A DNA stretch of 32,000 nt from Candidatus Saccharimonadota bacterium (GCF_004296515.1 NZ_AP018160.1:60001-92000), one strand, 5' to 3'; counted from the first letter of the stretch, positions 8,830-19,923 are shown. Translations and numbers: made by a program. Notes: generated by a model from the sequence alone, not told the origin.

Positions 8830-9966
8830 TTATATAGAACAATTAAATCCTAAATTAAATAAATTATTACAAGATGTATTTGTTTTTTTGTAAAAATCAT
8901 TCAAATTTAATAAATTTATTTTATAATTAAAGTATAATGACGCACATTTATATAATTTATAACTCATGCATAATTCAACATATTTAATTATATAGTTATC
9001 GTTATTTCCAGGTGTGTATATTTTACTTTGAAAGTAACCCACAGAAGGAATTATATTTGTATTAAATTTATATTGCATAATTAATCCTGTACTTTTTGCA
9101 ACATCTGAAAATCCATACATAGAAGGTTCATTTACTTTTCTATTTTTTTCATTATATGTTTTAAACATTAGGAAATTACCATATGGTGTAATATTATATG
9201 TTTCTCCATAAACTGAAGATATATATAATTTATCAGTATTTAATCTAAACCCTAGTGAGTATGCTATTGCATTAATATTTTTATTGTTTTTATCAAAATC
9301 TATTTGATTTTTTGTTCTTTCAGAAGTTGAATAAGCTCCAGCAACATCTAAAAATGAGTTAATTTTATATTTTGTATAAATACCGTATCCATCACCATTA
9401 GATACTCTTGTAGATAAATATAATGGTAAATTTTCACATTCATCGTTTTCAAATTGTTTTTGTAAATATATATCTAAACCTTCTATATAATTAAAAAAAT
9501 TATAATTTTTATAAGTTAATAAATTACTTGATTTATATAACATATAGTTTGTTGGTTTATAAAAAGAATCAATTATAGGAACTTTTTTAACAAATTTGTT
9601 TACGTTAAATATAACACCATAGTCTCTACCAAAGCTAACACTTCCATATTTTACATCTCTTAATCCCATAAAATATAACTTAGGTTTAATAAAATTAAAA
9701 TTTTTATTATAAAACAATTCATTTAATTTAAAATTTACATCAGTTAATAAGAAAGCATTTAAATAATTATTTATTTTTTTTGTTCCAGTAATATTTAAAT
9801 TAACTGTAGGAAAACCTATATTTTTATTTAAAATATTATTATAATCTTTAACCACAGAAAAATTTGTTATAACATTTACTTTATTATTATTAAATTCATA
9901 TGATGTTGCAGCTTGTAATTTATAATTAAATATTAATGATATTAAATATATAATTTTCTTAATCAT
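8830..9966 (-). CDS. General diffusion porin, OmpF/OmpC family
   Basis: The 378-aa ORF has a signal peptide ending ..KLQA|A. The segment ..FMGLRDVKYGSVSFGRDYGVIFNV.. matches the enterobacterial porin motif ..[24 protein letters not shown].., and the sequence has alternating beta-strand character. A GAAGG Shine-Dalgarno is present. The C-terminus ends ..LGFNCSI rather than with the usual terminal Phe. Confidence 0.8.
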   Translation of the reverse strand: MIKKIIYLISLIFNYKLQAATSYEFNNNKVNVITNFSVVKDYNNILNKNIGFPTVNLNITGTKKINNYLNAFLLTDVNFKLNELFYNKNFNFIKPKLYFMGLRDVKYGSVSFGRDYGVIFNVNKFVKKVPIIDSFYKPTNYMLYKSSNLLTYKNYNFFNYIEGLDIYLQKQFENDECENLPLYLSTRVSNGDGYGIYTKYKINSFLDVAGAYSTSERTKNQIDFDKNNKNINAIAYSLGFRLNTDKLYISSVYGETYNITPYGNFLMFKTYNEKNRKVNEPSMYGFSDVAKSTGLIMQYKFNTNIIPSVGYFQSKIYTPGNNDNYIIKYVELCMSYKLYKCASLYFNYKINLLNLNDFYKKTNTSCNNLFNLGFNCSI

Positions 9967-9999
9967 TTTTATATACCTTCATTTTAGTAATTAATAAAA

Positions 10000-12516
10000 T
10001 TAATTTGATATTTTTTGTAAATCAACAACATAGTCATCTTTTAAAAGTTTTATTAAAGTTATTCCTTTTGTATTTCTTTTTATTAAACTTATTTCAGAAA
10101 CTTTAATTCTAACTAATACACCACTATTAGTTATAATTAATAATTGATCTTCATTATTTACTTCTATTGATTTTATAACTTTACCACTTTTATTTGTTAC
10201 TTTAATAGATATAACACCTATATTAAATCTAGATTTAATAGGATATTCATTTTCAATAGTTCTTTTACCAATACCATTTTCAGTAACTGTTAAAATATGA
10301 CTATTAATTTTAGGAATAATAATAGATACAACCTTATCATTATCAATCAAATTTATACCTTTTACTCCAAATGATATTCTACCAGTAGATTTTATTTTTT
10401 TTTCTAAAAATCTTACAGATCTACCATTTGCAGAAAAAATAATTATATTATTATCTCCATTTGTTATTTTAACATCAATTAATAAATCATTTAAATTTAA
10501 TTTAATAGCTATTATACCTACATTTTTTAGATTTTTAAACTTTGATAATAATGTTTTTTTTATAAAACCTTTTAATGTAACCATACATATATAATAATTA
10601 TCATTATATATATTAGGTTTTATAGGCAAAATAGCAGTTATTTTATTATTGTTATCTATAGATAATATATTATATATTAATTTTCCTCTAGAATATCTAT
10701 TTAATTCAGGTAATTGATATACTTTTATTTTATATACAATACCTTTATTAGAAAATAATAATAAATCATCATGAGTATTAGCTACTAGTAATATATATAT
10801 AAAATCTTCATCCTTTATTTTTGTAGATAATTTACCTTTACCACCTCTTTTTTGAGATTCATAATCAGATACAGGTTGTATTTTAATATATCCTTTATGT
10901 GATAAAGTTATTATAACATCAGTTTTATTTATTAATTTATCTAAATCAATATCTTTTTTTTTTAAAATTATTTTTGTTCTTCTTTTATCTTTATATTCAT
11001 TTTGAATTTCTATTAATTCTTTTTTTAATTCTATTATTAAATTATTATTATTTTTTAATATAGATATAGATTTTTTTATTTGACTTATTAATAATTTATA
11101 TTCATTTATTAATTTGTTATATTCTAAATTTGTTAATCTTTGAAGTTTTATTTCTAATATAGATTGAATTTGTTTATTATTTAGAACTATTTTTTTTAAA
11201 TCATATTTATTATTTTCTTTATTAAATATATATTTATTTTCTTCTTTTAAATTTATTATATTACTATCTAAATTCCATTTTTTATACAAAAGATTATTTT
11301 TTGCTTCATTTAATGAATTAGAACTTTTTATTATTTTTATTATTTCATTTATATTACTTATAGCAATTATTAATCCTTCAGTTATATTTAACTTTTCATT
11401 ATTCTTATCTAATAAATATAAATTTCTTTTATATATTATATTTTTCCTATGATCTATAAAGGAATTTAATATATCTATTAATGATAGTATTTTAGGTTTG
11501 CCATCTTTTAATGCAACCATATTAATAGATAAATTTATTTGTAATGAAGTATGTTTATATAAATTATTTAATATTATTTTATAATCATATTCTTTTTTTA
11601 TTTCTATAACTACTCTTATACCATCTTTATCAGATTCATCTCTTATATTATTTATACCATCTATTTTTTTATTTTTTACTAATTCGGCTATTTTTTCTAT
11701 TAATTTTAATTTATTTACTTGATAAGGTAATTCTGATATAACTATATTTTTTATATTATTTATATTTTCTAAATTTACTTTAGATCTAACACATATTTTT
11801 CCTTTTCCAGTTTTATATATTTGAATTATATCATTTATGCCATGAATTTCTCCATAAGTAGGAAAATCAGGACCTGGTATAAATTTCATTAAATCTTCTA
11901 TACATATATCTTTATTATCTATTAAAGCTAAACATCCATTTATAACTTCATATAAATTATGAGGTGGTATATTTGTTATAACACCTACAGCTATACCATA
12001 AGATCCATTTATTAATAAATTAGGAATTCTTGATGGTAATATATTAGGTATATATTCAGTTTCATCATAATTTTTAGTAAAATCTACTGTATCTTTTTCT
12101 AAATCATATAACATTTCACTAGAAATTTTAGACATTTTTATTTCTGTATATCTCATTGCAGCTGCTGAATCTCCATCTATTGATCCAAAATTACCTTGTC
12201 CTTCTATTAATATATATCTTAGTGAAAAATTTTGTGCCATTCTTACAATAGAATCATATACAGCATTATCACCATGTGGATGATATTTACCTATTACATC
12301 ACCTACTATTCTAGCTGATTTTTTATATGGTTTATTATATAGATTTCCTAAATTATTCATAGCAAATAATATTCTTCTATGAACAGGTTTTAAACCGTCT
12401 CTTACATCAGGTAATGCTCTACTTATTATTACAGACATTGCATAATCTAGATATGAATTTTTTAATTCATTTTCTATATATATTTCTTTAATATTTTTAT
12501 ATATATTATCTTTCAT
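10000..12516 (-). CDS. gyrA: DNA gyrase subunit A
   Basis: The 838-aa ORF has ..[32 protein letters not shown].., ..[26 protein letters not shown].. (QRDR region) and the active-site ..AAAMRYTE.. tyrosine context. Confidence 0.97.
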   Translation of the reverse strand: MKDNIYKNIKEIYIENELKNSYLDYAMSVIISRALPDVRDGLKPVHRRILFAMNNLGNLYNKPYKKSARIVGDVIGKYHPHGDNAVYDSIVRMAQNFSLRYILIEGQGNFGSIDGDSAAAMRYTEIKMSKISSEMLYDLEKDTVDFTKNYDETEYIPNILPSRIPNLLINGSYGIAVGVITNIPPHNLYEVINGCLALIDNKDICIEDLMKFIPGPDFPTYGEIHGINDIIQIYKTGKGKICVRSKVNLENINNIKNIVISELPYQVNKLKLIEKIAELVKNKKIDGINNIRDESDKDGIRVVIEIKKEYDYKIILNNLYKHTSLQINLSINMVALKDGKPKILSLIDILNSFIDHRKNIIYKRNLYLLDKNNEKLNITEGLIIAISNINEIIKIIKSSNSLNEAKNNLLYKKWNLDSNIINLKEENKYIFNKENNKYDLKKIVLNNKQIQSILEIKLQRLTNLEYNKLINEYKLLISQIKKSISILKNNNNLIIELKKELIEIQNEYKDKRRTKIILKKKDIDLDKLINKTDVIITLSHKGYIKIQPVSDYESQKRGGKGKLSTKIKDEDFIYILLVANTHDDLLLFSNKGIVYKIKVYQLPELNRYSRGKLIYNILSIDNNNKITAILPIKPNIYNDNYYICMVTLKGFIKKTLLSKFKNLKNVGIIAIKLNLNDLLIDVKITNGDNNIIIFSANGRSVRFLEKKIKSTGRISFGVKGINLIDNDKVVSIIIPKINSHILTVTENGIGKRTIENEYPIKSRFNIGVISIKVTNKSGKVIKSIEVNNEDQLLIITNSGVLVRIKVSEISLIKRNTKGITLIKLLKDDYVVDLQKISN

Positions 12517-12668
12517 ATTTACTTATAAAAAAAAATAAATTAATTAATTTACAATTTAATTAATATTTAATTGTAAATAATAAAATTATATTATATATTA
12601 TTAATTATTAAATTAGAAGCAAATAAAATATAATAAATAATATTCTTTTAAATAATTTTAAGAAAAAT

Positions 12669-13133
12669 ATGGCTAATAAAGGAGTTAACAAAGTTATATT
12701 AGTTGGTTATTTAGGTCAAGATCCTGAAACTAGATATACACAAAGTGGTAATTCAGTAACAACAATAAGTTTAGCTACATCTGAAACATGGAAAGATAAA
12801 AATACTGGAGAAAATAGAGAAAGAACAGAATGGCATAGAGTAGTTTTTTTTGGAAAATTAGCTGAAATATCTGGAGAATTTTTAAAAAAAGGATCTCAAG
12901 TATATATAGAAGGTCAAATACAAACAAGAAAATGGAAAGATCAAAATGGTAATGAAAGATATTCAACTGAAGTTGTAGTTGGAATAGGAGGAACAATGCA
13001 AATATTAAATAATCCTTTTAATAAAAATAATGAAATAAAAGATAATAAATCTTTTAATAAAGAAGAAAATGAGGAAAACGATTTAGATAAAGATATTAAC
13101 TTAGATGATTTTTCTGATGATATTCAATTTTAA
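12669..13133 (+). CDS. ssb: Single-stranded DNA-binding protein
   Basis: The 154-aa ORF has [58 protein letters not shown], near-identical in pattern to the E. coli SSB OB fold. The acidic C-terminal tip is ..[10 protein letters not shown]. Confidence 0.95.
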   Translation: MANKGVNKVILVGYLGQDPETRYTQSGNSVTTISLATSETWKDKNTGENRERTEWHRVVFFGKLAEISGEFLKKGSQVYIEGQIQTRKWKDQNGNERYSTEVVVGIGGTMQILNNPFNKNNEIKDNKSFNKEENEENDLDKDINLDDFSDDIQF

Positions 13134-13592
13134 TTAATTGATTATAATAGAGCTTATAACAGAACTTATTATTATACAAATAATTTCATTAGTATAAAAA
13201 TTAATATAGTTTAATTTTATTAAATTTAAAATTTTAAATATTAATAATTTACTTATAAAAGTTATTATATTATAAATAGTTATTAATTTAAATTTATCAA
13301 TATATTTATTATTATTAAATATAAATATATTATTTTTAATAAAAAAATCAGAAATAATTATAGTAATTAATTCTATACATAATATATTATAAAAAATTAA
13401 ATCTTTTAAAATACTTATTATAAATATATATATATATTTATAATTTAATTTACTATTATTAATTAAATTTATAATATATATTTTAAATAAATTATATATT
13501 ATTAAATTTAATAATATATAATTTATACAATAATTTGATACTAATATATTTAATAATATAGATATAAATATTTTTAATAAAATAAATATCAT
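13134..13592 (-). CDS. mreD: Rod shape-determining protein MreD (putative)
   Basis: The 152-aa ORF is very hydrophobic and multi-spanning, with the size and position of MreD. Its ATG overlaps the mreC stop by 4 nt. The assignment rests mainly on synteny with mreB-mreC. Confidence 0.7.
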   Translation of the reverse strand: MIFILLKIFISILLNILVSNYCINYILLNLIIYNLFKIYIINLINNSKLNYKYIYIFIISILKDLIFYNILCIELITIIISDFFIKNNIFIFNNNKYIDKFKLITIYNIITFISKLLIFKILNLIKLNYINFYTNEIICIIISSVISSIIIN

Positions 13593-14434
13593 TTTAAAAT
13601 AACTATATAATTTATATTATTTATATTAAATAATGTTTTTATTTCTATATCTAAATAATAGTTATTTTTATTTTTTATTATTTTTGATATATAACCTACT
13701 GGATAATTTTTTGGATATAAATCATCAAGTCCAGATGAAACTAGTAAATCTCCTTCTTTAAAATCATCTGTATTATTTAATATGATATTAAAATTTTTAC
13801 ATAAAAGAATTCCATTTATTCCAGATCCTTTAGCTATAAAAATAATTCCATTTCTTGAATTTTTTAAAGATATTTTAGATTTAGATTTATATATTAAATT
13901 AACATAACTATTATTTTTATTAGATAATGAAATATATCCTATTATTCCATCATAATTTAATACAGGTTGACCTATATGTATATTTTCATCAATTCCTTTA
14001 TCTATTATTAATCTAGAAAATACATGATTATAATATAATATTTTAGAAATATTATATTTATACTTTTTTAATATATTTATATTTAATATTTTTTTTAATT
14101 CTATATTTTCTTTTTTACAATTTTCATATTCTAATTTATTTATTTTATCTGAAATAATTTTTTTATTTAAATTATCATTTATATTTATTAATTTTTTATT
14201 TAAAATAAATACATCTTTAATATTTTTAAAAAAATTTTCTATATATATAATTGGATTATATATAAAATAATATATACAATTAGTTAATTCTTTTTTAATT
14301 TTAATATTTAAATTATTTTCAATATAGTCAAATATTAATATAGTTAAAATCAAAACAAATAAAAATAAATATAAAATATATTTAAATTTATTTTTATTTT
14401 TCGTATTATTGTAATAATAATTATTCTTCATCAA
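13589..14434 (-). CDS. mreC: Rod shape-determining protein MreC
   Basis: The 281-aa ORF has a single N-terminal TM segment, then a coiled-coil-like stretch, then a beta-rich C-terminal region (..[14 protein letters not shown].., ..[22 protein letters not shown]..) as in MreC. Its position between mreB and mreD also fits. Confidence 0.85.
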   Translation of the reverse strand: MMKNNYYYNNTKNKNKFKYILYLFLFVLILTILIFDYIENNLNIKIKKELTNCIYYFIYNPIIYIENFFKNIKDVFILNKKLININDNLNKKIISDKINKLEYENCKKENIELKKILNINILKKYKYNISKILYYNHVFSRLIIDKGIDENIHIGQPVLNYDGIIGYISLSNKNNSYVNLIYKSKSKISLKNSRNGIIFIAKGSGINGILLCKNFNIILNNTDDFKEGDLLVSSGLDDLYPKNYPVGYISKIIKNKNNYYLDIEIKTLFNINNINYIVILK

Positions 14435-15461
14435 ATAATCCTAAATCATATATATTAACTATTTCTAATGCTTTACCTCCACCTCTTACAACACATGTTA
14501 AAGGATCTTCTGCAATTACTACTGGTATTCCTGTTGCTTTAGTTATTAATTTATTTATATTTTTTAATAAAGCACCTCCTCCAGTTAAAATCATTCCTTT
14601 TTCTAAAATATCAGATGTTAATTCTGGTGGACATTTTTCTAATGCAAACATTATCGCACTAACTATTCCTGATAATGGTTCTTGTAATGCATCCAATATT
14701 TCATTAGAATTTAATTTTATTATTTTTGGAATACCTTCTGCTAAATTTCTACCTCTTATTTCATATTCTTTAGATTCTTTACATGGATAAGCATATCCTA
14801 TATTATGTTTTATTTTTTCAGCAGTAGATTCTCCTATTAATGATCCATAATTTCTTCTTATATAATTTACTATTGATTCATCAAATTTATCTCCACCAAT
14901 CCTTACAGAAGAAGAATATACTATTCCATTTAACGAAATTATAGCAACTTCTGTTGTTCCTCCTCCTATATCTACTACCATGGATCCAGTAGCTTCAGAT
15001 ACAGGTAATCCAGCACCAATAGCAGCTGCCATAGGTTCTTCTATAAGAAATACATCTCTAGCTCCAGCTCCTTGAGCGGATTCTCTTATTGCTCTTCTTT
15101 CTACTTGTGTTGCTCCAACAGGAACACATATTAATACTCTTGGACTTGGTCTTATAAAACTATTACTATGAACTTGTTTTATAAAATATTGAAGCATTTT
15201 TTCTGTTATAAAAAAATCAGCTATAACACCATCTTTTAATGGTCTTATTGTTATTATATTACTAGGAGTTCTTCCTAACATTCTTTTAGCTTCTTGTCCT
15301 ACTGCAGTAATACTTGTATTTCCTGATCTATCTTTTTTTATTGATACAACAGAAGGTTCATTTAATACTATACCTTGATTTTTTACATATATCAATGTAT
15401 TAGCTGTACCTAGATCTATTGATAAATCATTTGAAAAAAAACCTCTAATTTTTTTAAACAT
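14421..15461 (-). CDS. mreB: Rod shape-determining actin homolog MreB
   Basis: The 346-aa ORF begins [26 protein letters not shown].. (E. coli [26 protein letters not shown]..). It stays highly conserved throughout, and the local G+C is visibly higher. Confidence 0.98.
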   Translation of the reverse strand: MFKKIRGFFSNDLSIDLGTANTLIYVKNQGIVLNEPSVVSIKKDRSGNTSITAVGQEAKRMLGRTPSNIITIRPLKDGVIADFFITEKMLQYFIKQVHSNSFIRPSPRVLICVPVGATQVERRAIRESAQGAGARDVFLIEEPMAAAIGAGLPVSEATGSMVVDIGGGTTEVAIISLNGIVYSSSVRIGGDKFDESIVNYIRRNYGSLIGESTAEKIKHNIGYAYPCKESKEYEIRGRNLAEGIPKIIKLNSNEILDALQEPLSGIVSAIMFALEKCPPELTSDILEKGMILTGGGALLKNINKLITKATGIPVVIAEDPLTCVVRGGGKALEIVNIYDLGLFDEE

Positions 15462-15918
15462 TATTTTTATTTAAATTATTCTTAATTAAAAAATCTTTAG
15501 AAAATTGAATAGCAAAATAATAAGAACTTATTCCTAATCCACATATAGTTCCTATCGCTATATCTGATAAATATGAAAATTTTCTAAATGGATCTCTAGA
15601 ATATATATTAGAAATATGTATTTCTATAAATGGTATTTTTACAGATAAAAATGCATCCCTTATAGCTATACTAGTATGAGTAAAAGCTCCAGCATTTATT
15701 ATTATAAAATTTATATTATTAAATTTAGAATTATGAATATTATTTATTATAATGCTTTCAGAATTAGATTGAATATGATTTAAATTAATATTTAAATCTT
15801 TAGATTTGTTAATTAAATCATTTACTAATTTTTCTAAACTTAAATTACCATATATATTTTGTTCTCTTATTCCTAATAAATTTAAATTAGGTCCATTTAT
15901 TAAAAGTACGTTATTCAT
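15454..15918 (-). CDS. aroQ: 3-dehydroquinate dehydratase, type II
   Basis: [24 protein letters not shown].. and ..[18 protein letters not shown].. with ..[15 protein letters not shown].. match type II DHQase. I trimmed the ORF-track start (a GTG at 15951, which would overlap the tRNA-Arg gene) to the ATG at 15918, which has an AAGGA Shine-Dalgarno. The stop overlaps the mreB start by 8 nt. Confidence 0.9.
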   Translation of the reverse strand: MNNVLLINGPNLNLLGIREQNIYGNLSLEKLVNDLINKSKDLNINLNHIQSNSESIIINNIHNSKFNNINFIIINAGAFTHTSIAIRDAFLSVKIPFIEIHISNIYSRDPFRKFSYLSDIAIGTICGLGISSYYFAIQFSKDFLIKNNLNKNNV

Positions 15919-15946
15919 TTTATTTCCTTGAAATTTAAAATTTAAT

Positions 15947-16018
15947 TGCACTCTACAGGACTCGAACCTGTAACCTACGGCTTAGAAGACCGATGCTCTT
16001 CCATTAAGCTAAGAGTGC
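15947..16018 (-). tRNA. tRNA-Arg (anticodon UCU)
   Basis: The reverse complement gcactcttagcttaatggaagagcatcggtcttctaagccgtaggttacaggttcgagtcctgtagagtgca has acceptor gcactct/agagtgc, anticodon loop ctTCTaa and T arm acagg/ttcgagt/cctgt. It resembles E. coli argU. No CCA is encoded. Confidence 0.85.
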
Positions 16019-16047
16019 ATTTATATAAATTATATACTATTAAATAT

Positions 16048-16341
16048 TTAATATTTATTTAATAAATAAAAATCTATATGTAATATTTTATTTTTTATTA
16101 AATTGATTTGTATATCTTTTATTTTAGATAAAAAACACAATTCATTTATTTTTATACATATTTCTTTATTTAAATTATCTTTTTCTTTTAAAAAATTTAT
16201 ATCTTTATATTCTATAATAATATTAATTGGTAATATATTTTTTCCATATATAACTGCTAATATTTTATTACTAACTCTTAATTTTTTATTAAGTCTTTTA
16301 TTTTTACATATATTTCTTATTTCAGCACATAATATTAACAT
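16048..16341 (-). CDS. rplY: 50S ribosomal protein L25
   Basis: The 97-aa ORF reads ..LCAEIRNICKNKRLNKKLRVSNKILAVIYGKN.....ILHIDFY.. This parallels E. coli L25 ([32 protein letters not shown]...LQHIDFV). Confidence 0.85.
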   Translation of the reverse strand: MLILCAEIRNICKNKRLNKKLRVSNKILAVIYGKNILPINIIIEYKDINFLKEKDNLNKEICIKINELCFLSKIKDIQINLIKNKILHIDFYLLNKY

Positions 16342-16374
16342 TTAATTATTTAATTTAATTAATAATTTATTAAA

Positions 16375-17634
16375 TTATTCCCAAACTATTAAATAATAGT
16401 TTTTTTTACCTTTGCATAATAAAGTATATTTATCATATAAAATATCTTTTTTAGTAAAAATATATTTTATAGTATTATTTACTATACCATTTATTTTTAT
16501 AGAATTAGATAAAATAATATTTTTAGCTTCATTATTTGATTTTACAATACTAAATTGTACTATTATTTGTTGTAAATTAATACCTAATTTAACATTAATT
16601 ATTGGAATTCCATCTGTATATAATTGTTTTAAATCTTTTTCATTAAAATTTAAATTACCAGTAAATAAACTATTTGTTATTTTTATAGCAGATTTTAATT
16701 TTTTTTTACCATGTATCATTTCTGTCATTTTTTCTGCTAATAATTTTTTAGCTTTTAATATATTATTATATATATTATTTTTTTCTAAATATTCTATATA
16801 TTCCAAAGATTCATTAGTAAACATTTTTAAATATTTAAAAATTAAATTATCTGATAAATTAATCCAAAATTGATAAAATTTATATGGACTTGTTTTTTTA
16901 TCATCTAGCCATATATTTTCTTTAGAAGATTTACTAAATTTTATTCCATTATTATTAGTTATTATTGGAAAAGTTATTCCATATGTATCTTTATTATGTA
17001 TTTTTTTTATTAAATTTATTCCATATATAATATTATTCCATTGATCTGACCCACCTATTTGTAATTTTGTATTATAATTATTATATAAATATAAAAAATC
17101 ATAACTTTGTAATAAAGTATATGTTAGTTCTGAATATGAAATTTTATTATGTATAATATTATTTTTTATATATTTTCTATTTAATATATTTTTTATAGAA
17201 AATTTTGATCCTATATTATATAAAAAATCAATTATATTTATTTTACTTAACCAATGTTTATTATTTAATATATTTATATTATTATAATTTATATTATTTA
17301 ATAATATATTTTTTAATTGTTTTGATATTTCTATACTATTTTTATTTATAAATATTTCTGTATATTTATTTCTTTTGTTTCCTGTGAAATTTGGATCACC
17401 TATTAATCCAGTAGATCCACCTATTAATATTATAAATTTATTATTTAATTCTATAAATTTATTAATAAAAATTATTAAAATTATATGTCCTATATGTAAA
17501 CTATCAGATGTAGGGTCTATTCCAGAATAAAGCACTATTTTATTTTCATTTAATAAATTATTTAATTTATTTTCATTAACTATTTTTTTTATTAAATTTC
17601 TACTATATAAATGTGTTAATATCTTATTTTTCAT
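16375..17634 (-). CDS. tyrS: Tyrosyl-tRNA synthetase
   Basis: The 419-aa ORF has the class I HIGH motif (..DPTSDSLHIGHII..), a KMSKS-like motif (KFSKS), ..LQIGGSDQWNNI.., and a C-terminal S4-like domain. Confidence 0.93.
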   Translation of the reverse strand: MKNKILTHLYSRNLIKKIVNENKLNNLLNENKIVLYSGIDPTSDSLHIGHIILIIFINKFIELNNKFIILIGGSTGLIGDPNFTGNKRNKYTEIFINKNSIEISKQLKNILLNNINYNNINILNNKHWLSKINIIDFLYNIGSKFSIKNILNRKYIKNNIIHNKISYSELTYTLLQSYDFLYLYNNYNTKLQIGGSDQWNNIIYGINLIKKIHNKDTYGITFPIITNNNGIKFSKSSKENIWLDDKKTSPYKFYQFWINLSDNLIFKYLKMFTNESLEYIEYLEKNNIYNNILKAKKLLAEKMTEMIHGKKKLKSAIKITNSLFTGNLNFNEKDLKQLYTDGIPIINVKLGINLQQIIVQFSIVKSNNEAKNIILSNSIKINGIVNNTIKYIFTKKDILYDKYTLLCKGKKNYYLIVWE

Positions 17635-17663
17635 ATTAATAAATTATATAAATATTTAAATGT

Positions 17664-19910
17664 ATGTATATGAGATTATATTATAATTTTAAGTTATATA
17701 TAATTATTTTTATTATATTAATTATTATTAAATTATATATTATTAAAATTAATAATTTTATAGATGTTAAATTAAAAAATAATAATTTTATAGATAGTAA
17801 TAATATAGTTTATAGTAAAATAATTAATATAAACTGTAAATCAAATTTAAATAAGAAAGATATAATAAATATATTATTGTTATCTAAATATAAAAAAAAA
17901 GATATAGTTAATATTCCTGGAGAATTTTCTATAAATAATAATATTTTAACATTATTTAAAAGATCTTTTAATTTTTACTATGGATATGAAAAAGAAACTA
18001 TATTTAAAATATTTTTTAAAGAAAATAAATTAATAAAAATAAAAAATATAAATGATTTATATGTAGAAAATATAAATATAGATCCTAATATAATATCTAT
18101 AATTAATAATAATAAAAAATATAAATTATTTTTACCTATAAGTAATTTTCCAAAAACATTAATAAATATATTAATAGAAATTGAAGATAAAAATTATTTT
18201 TCACATAATGGAATAAATATTAAATCTATAATAAGAGCAATTATAAAAAATGTATTAAATAAAAAAATAATAGAAGGAGGAAGTACTATAACACAACAAT
18301 TAGTTAAAAACATATTTTTAACTAATAAAAAAAGTTTTTTAAGAAAAATAAATGAGATATTAATATCTATTATTTTAGAATATAAACTTAATAAAGAAAA
18401 AATACTAGAATTATATTTAAATGAAGTTTATTTTGGAAATATTAATAATAAAGAAATTAGAGGATTTCCTTTAGGAAGCATATGTTACTTTGGAAAATTA
18501 ATAAATGAATTAGATATAAACGAACAAGCTTATTTGGTTGGTATGTTAAAAGGATCATCTTTATATAATCCTGTTAGTAATTTTGATTTAGTAAAAATGA
18601 GAAAAAATTTTATTTTAAGTAAGATAAAAGTAAAAAATATTATAGATGAAGAATTATATAATTATTTAATATTAAAAAATAATATTTTTAATAATATTAA
18701 TAATAAAATAAATTATCCATCATTTGTCAATATTGTAAAAAAAGATATTAATAAATTATCTTTAAATAATAAAAATAATTTAAGAATATTTAGTACATTA
18801 AACTTAATTACTCAAAATAATGTTCAAAAATCTATAAATATATCTATTAAAAATTTAAGAAAATTGAATAATAATATAGAAATTTCTATGATAGTTATTG
18901 ATAGAAAAAAAGGATATATAAAATCATCGATAGGAGGTTCTAATTATAATTTTGACGGATATAATAGAATTTTTATGAATAGACAAATAGGTTCGTTAAT
19001 AAAACCATTTATTTATATAAGTGCATTAAATATTCCAAATAAATTTAATCTAAATACTAATTTATTAGATAATAAATTAGAAATAAAATATGATGATAAT
19101 ATATGGTGTCCAAAAAACAATGATAACAAATTTAGAGGAAATGTTACATTAATGGATTCATTAATTTATTCATTAAATATACCAACAATAAATTTGGGAA
19201 TGAATATAGGAATAGATAATATAATAAATAATTTAATAAAATTTGGAATAGATAAAAATACTTTTATAAATAGATTTCCATCTATGCTTATAGGAGCTAT
19301 AAATTTATCATTAATTGATATAGCACAAATATATCAATCTATATCGAATTATGGAAATTTTAATAAATTATCTTCAATAAGATATATAAATGATATTAAT
19401 AATAATATTAAATATATTAATAAAAATAAAAGTATACAAGTTATATCTCCTCAATCATCATATTTAACATTATTTTGTATGAGTAAAATTACTAAAATAG
19501 GAACAGCAAGTATGTTAAATAAAAATTTTAATAATATAAATATTTTAGGGAAAACAGGTACAACTAATAAATTAAAAGATAGTTGGTTTGTTGGAATAGA
19601 TAATAATGAAATTTGTGTTATATGGGTAGGTAATGATAATAATTCTTCTATTAATTTAAATAAATTAAATAATGCATTACATGTATATGAAAATTATCTA
19701 AAAATTAGTAATCCAGAAAGTTTTAATTTAATTAAACCTAATGATATATATGAAATAAATATAGATAAATTAGGAAATTTTTTATGTAATAATCATTATG
19801 ATTGTAATAAAATACCTATTTGGATAAAAAATCCTTATGAAATATATAATAATTGTCCTAAACATTCTTTTATTATCAAAATTATAAAAAAACTAATTAA
19901 TTTTAATTAA
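17664..19910 (+). CDS. mrcB: Bifunctional class A penicillin-binding protein, PBP1B-like (glycosyltransferase + transpeptidase)
   Basis: The 748-aa ORF has an N-terminal TM segment and a roughly 100-aa insert before the GT51 domain (UB2H-like position). GT motifs are EDKNYFSHNG, GGSTITQQLVKN and RKINE. It has ..IRGFPLGSICYFGK..EQAYLVGMLKGSSLYNP.. as in E. coli PBP1b. Transpeptidase motifs are SLIK (SxxK), SLN (SxN) and KTGTT (KTG). Confidence 0.9.
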   Translation: MYMRLYYNFKLYIIIFIILIIIKLYIIKINNFIDVKLKNNNFIDSNNIVYSKIININCKSNLNKKDIINILLLSKYKKKDIVNIPGEFSINNNILTLFKRSFNFYYGYEKETIFKIFFKENKLIKIKNINDLYVENINIDPNIISIINNNKKYKLFLPISNFPKTLINILIEIEDKNYFSHNGINIKSIIRAIIKNVLNKKIIEGGSTITQQLVKNIFLTNKKSFLRKINEILISIILEYKLNKEKILELYLNEVYFGNINNKEIRGFPLGSICYFGKLINELDINEQAYLVGMLKGSSLYNPVSNFDLVKMRKNFILSKIKVKNIIDEELYNYLILKNNIFNNINNKINYPSFVNIVKKDINKLSLNNKNNLRIFSTLNLITQNNVQKSINISIKNLRKLNNNIEISMIVIDRKKGYIKSSIGGSNYNFDGYNRIFMNRQIGSLIKPFIYISALNIPNKFNLNTNLLDNKLEIKYDDNIWCPKNNDNKFRGNVTLMDSLIYSLNIPTINLGMNIGIDNIINNLIKFGIDKNTFINRFPSMLIGAINLSLIDIAQIYQSISNYGNFNKLSSIRYINDINNNIKYINKNKSIQVISPQSSYLTLFCMSKITKIGTASMLNKNFNNINILGKTGTTNKLKDSWFVGIDNNEICVIWVGNDNNSSINLNKLNNALHVYENYLKISNPESFNLIKPNDIYEINIDKLGNFLCNNHYDCNKIPIWIKNPYEIYNNCPKHSFIIKIIKKLINFN

Positions 19911-19923
19911 ATTATTTTAATAA

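Noticed and set aside
8830-8850. Porin C-terminus ends in ..LGFNCSI instead of the canonical terminal Phe beta-signal
   Set aside because: The reading is real, but aliphatic C-terminal residues are tolerated in some OMP beta-signals, and BamA itself is divergent here. That is too weak to claim a functional defect.
12775-12996. 73-aa minus-strand ORF inside ssb
   Set aside because: It is antisense to the strongly conserved ssb gene and is a frame artefact.
15919-15951. ORF-track N-terminal extension of aroQ from a GTG at 15951
   Set aside because: It would overlap the 3' end of the tRNA-Arg(UCU) gene. The internal ATG at 15918 has an AAGGA Shine-Dalgarno and matches the AroQ N-terminus.
16103-16873. 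Plus-strand ORFs 16103-16345 and 16412-16873
   Set aside because: They are antisense to rplY and tyrS respectively. Their Phe/Ile/Leu-rich translations are what the complement of Lys/Asn/Ile-rich genes produces.
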